In this document: one piece after another, positions 60,976 through 64,000 of the stretch | How the letters are laid out: each line of letters starts with the position of its first letter | How positions within the stretch are numbered: the stretch's first letter is position 1 | From: Spirogloea muscicola | Taxonomy: Eukaryota | Direction: 5' to 3' | DNA length: 64,000 bases | Assembly: GCA_009602725.1 (NCBI GenBank) | Contig: WELB01000002.1 | Coordinates: 1,399,892 to 1,463,891, forward strand | The notes under the pieces: generated by a model | What the model was told of the DNA's origin: nothing | What the model saw: only the letters and a program-made list of their open reading frames with translations | Database searches by the model: none | Made by a program: the position numbers and the translations under genes

Positions 60976-61754
60976 ATCAACTGGGCCCGGTTGACAGAAG
61001 CGCTGCACTGCTTTGCAAGAAGCATCCCAACGAACTTGGCACAAAGTCTTCTGTGCAGCATTCTTTGTCAGGGGATCAGGAATAGCTTACTGGCCCTCCA
61101 TAAAGGCTGCACTGACAAGCGACAGTTGGTCACTGGAGCAACAGAGATACTTGCACTTGTTCAGGCAGAACTTTCACTGAGTCCTCATCCCTGATAGGCA
61201 CCACTAGACAATGATGATTATGAAGTCAATGCAGCCTGCGAGCAGCCTGCTGGCTGTCCGAATATGACACTGCCAGCATGTGTGTTAGATATCTATCAAG
61301 CAGTCAAGCAAAGATGCTTCTTGCAGCAGCATTGTCCTCGAACTAGAGTTGTTCTCCATCACTCCCTTATTTCTGCCTCCTTTCCTTAATATCTTCGGTA
61401 TCAATCAGTCCAGCAGACCCCACAATAAGTTGGCCATGTGCAAATGGCGACGTGTATTGACACTTGTCGGCAGCATGACTCGCACTGGAATGTCTGTAAC
61501 CACTGTTTTTGCACCAAGAATTGGGCAAAGAAGGTGCTAACTGTTGCACTTCCCACGTGCTCCACAAACCACAAAAACCTCAATAAGTAGGCCTGTGCAG
61601 CCAGTGCATCAAATGACAAACTATACGAACTGCCTGGAGTTTTTATGCACAGCATCACCTTTCTTGCTTGCCCACCAAAATCAATAGCGGACGGTGGAAT
61701 GAGCATCACCCGATTACTGACATGGGAGAAATTTGGAGACACTCTATGTCATGT

Positions 61755-62106
61755 CTACTCATCCTCCTGGCTGCGCAGGCGAGCAGTGCCGTTGGTGAGA
61801 TTAATGTTCAGCTGTGCAGCCCTCTCCACGATAGCCTTGCGCTTGAGGGTTGACACATTGTGCGCAATCTCGCCAGCGAACTTCCTGCAAATCGGCCAGC
61901 AGCGACTCAGAAGCGGCGAGCTTGCATGCGACCTCGGAGTGAAAGAGGTTCGCAAGATATTGCAGCAGGACAGTAGAGCGCCACGTTGCCCAACCCCCAT
62001 CTCTAAACTGCTCCAGGGCTCCTCCCCAGGGCCACCACAAGCTGGCTCCCAGAGCCCTTGTGGCATACCCGTTCCTTGGCAAGAAGGACTCATGGTGGCG
62101 ACCGCA

Positions 62107-62137
<31 letters not shown>

Positions 62138-62640
62138 GTGGAGGGCCTCACCGGTTGTGCATCATGAGGATCTCGAGCTCGGCGACGTTGTGGACCTGGA
62201 ACTTGCGGAAGCCCGAGGGCAGCATGTGGCGCGTGAGCTTGTTGTTCCCGTACCCGATGTTGGCCATCTTGCGCGTGCCCTTGAACTTGCGCCGCGTGCG
62301 CGAGTCGATACCCTTGGGCCGCCGCCAGCTCTCCTGCACAACAGCGAGCGGCAGCGTGCCACGGCTAGGGGTCAGAGCCGCCGCTTCCGCAAACGGCGCA
62401 GCCGCCGCTGCCGCCGCTGCCGCTGCTGGCGCCGCCGCATCCGCCAACGGCCCAGCCGCCGCCGCCGCTGCCGCTGCCGCCGCCGCCGCCTCCGCCAGCA
62501 CCGCGCCCGCGGCTCGAGACTTGGCGGCGTGGCTGGCTGGGGCGGCTCACCGGCACGGTGATGCGCCGGTCGGACTGGACGCGGACGAAGCGCTTCAAGC
62601 GCTTCTTCAGGATCTTGCGCTTCACCAGCGGCGTCACCAT
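61755..62640 (-). CDS. RPL32: 60S ribosomal protein L32 (eL32)
   Basis: [25 protein letters not shown] / [24 protein letters not shown] / [30 protein letters not shown]. Confidence 0.98.
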
Positions 62641-63070
62641 GGCGCCTCCCGCGCGAGGCTAGCCAACCCCTCGGGCGCACGCGGCGGCGGCGGCGGAAGC
62701 GGCGGCGGCGGCGATAGCGGCGGCAGCTGCGGGGGACTGATACCTGGGGTCAGAGAATGCCTATGCCGAAGGTCTGGCCCTTAAACCCCTCTTCGTTAAA
62801 CCCTGGAAAAATGTGGTGGGGTCCGAAGGCTGACGGCCAAGATGCGCCGACGCGATCTCATCCGACGGCTGTGCAGAGCGGCGCCGGGGATACCCAGAAA
62901 TGTGACGAAGTACCTGCTTCTTAATGGGATAAATTGATTCGGTTGATAAATCAATACCGCGCGAGCGGAAGGCTAGAGCCGGAGGCTCGTGTTCACATCC
63001 GTGAGGGCTGCCCGAGCTGCCGCGCCCGTGAGACGCGGCGCGCGCGGCGGCGGCGGCGGCGGCGGCGGCG

Positions 63071-64000
63071 ATGGTGACCGCGCCGGAGAGCGCGGAGGTG
63101 GAGGCGCTGGAGGGGCAGCTGGAGGCGCTGGCACTGGCCGGCGGCGCCGGAAATGGCTTTGCCGACCGTGTGTCCTACCTGCAGCTGCTGCGCAAGCACC
63201 ACCTGCGACGGACCGTCGCCGCCGCCGCGCACGGCCTCGAGCTGCTCAACGACCGCCGCAGCCGCGCCAGGCTCGGCAGCGAGGGTGAGGACACAAGATG
63301 GCGGCTGCTGATAACCAAAGAGCGGCTGTAAAGGCCAGCGAGGTGCATACAGACGGTGCTCATGAACGTCCTGGCGGAGAGCCACAGAAGGATGTCCTGC
63401 CGATTGCTCCGTCGTCTCGCTGCATTGGTTGCGCCATTGTGATCCGCCTGTGATCCATTGATCCGCTTCCTGGCCCTCACGGTGCCTGCTGGCTGCCGCT
63501 TTGCAGTGTGGACGGTCTACGAGCAGGTGGCCGTGGCCGCCATGGACTGCAACTCTCCGGCCGTCGCCGATGTCAGCTCCGTGGGCCGACCCTCTCTGTC
63601 TGCAGCCTGGCCGCCAGCCTCGCCACCCTTGATAGCAGCTCCCGAGGCACTCAGACGGCTGGGAGGCCTCAGTGCTGGAGACCGGACGCGCCAGTCGCCT
63701 AGATCAACAGGCGATGGCGGCCCGCACAAGTGCTTCGGCTTGAGAGTGGAGGCGGGCTAACTCCCGAGCTTGAAGTCAAGAGCCACAAGGATCTGCGACG
63801 ATGTGGCGATGCAGTGATAGTTGCTAAGCACAGTCTCGGAGCCTTGCGTGCCGCTTCTGATCAGCTGCCTGCTGCTGTGGTTGATCCCAGAGATGTGTCG
63901 AAGCACTCATGCGACGATTTCCAGACAGCCTTCGTGTCTGTGAGGCTTGCCAAAACCCCTCCTTCTTCTTGTGTCTTTCTTTGAGACATCATTTGCTACT
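63071..64000 (+). CDS. EMC2: ER membrane protein complex subunit 2 (TPR), running off the window
   Basis: YLQLLRKHHLRR..GLELLND..RARLGSE / VWTVYEQVAVAAMDC. Confidence 0.9.
63298..63370 (-). mobile_element. Family F retroelement UTR tip in EMC2 intron 1
   Basis: Reverse complement of catga.caccNtNtgNatgcaNctggctggc...acagccg...tatcagcagccgc seen at 11742-11803, 34855-34916 and 39930-39980. Confidence 0.75.

Noticed and set aside
62378..62500. Ala-rich ORFs or a possible snoRNA in RPL32 intron 1
   Set aside because: It is a (GCC/GCT)n microsatellite with a local duplication; no C/D or H/ACA boxes evident.

Overview
Eukaryotic, GC-rich, gene-dense and intron-rich DNA (GT-AG introns of about 100-300 bp, plant-type TTTAGGG-like repeats, plant-like orthologues). 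It is most likely from a streptophyte green alga (inference). About 17 spliced protein-coding genes are recognisable: ARF-B GTPase, EEF1AKMT1/N6AMT2, TCAIM-like, two tandem alkenal/one oxidoreductases (one frameshifted), a fascin-containing GH5, URM1, an aldo-keto reductase, VMP1/KMS1, COX15, LMBR1-domain protein, AHA1-N, CAF-1 FAS2, an MFS_2 transporter, SNX1, RidA, RPL32 and EMC2. There are also two small orphan ORFs. The main accessory signal is a set of at least six families of CRE-clade-like non-LTR retrotransposons with a restriction-like endonuclease (RLE). All copies are 5'-truncated, all visible ORF ends are ...L(T/S)RG(Y/H)*, LTRNY* or LTPAY*, and each family has its own structured 3' UTR and simple-repeat tail. 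The copies pile up almost only just upstream of genes, re-use each other's target-site duplications (TSDs), and three times insert inverted into a copy of their own family. Also present are a TA-flanked pogo/mariner-type MITE carrying head-to-head telomere-like repeats and a probable decayed hAT transposase. N gaps hide several GC-rich first exons.
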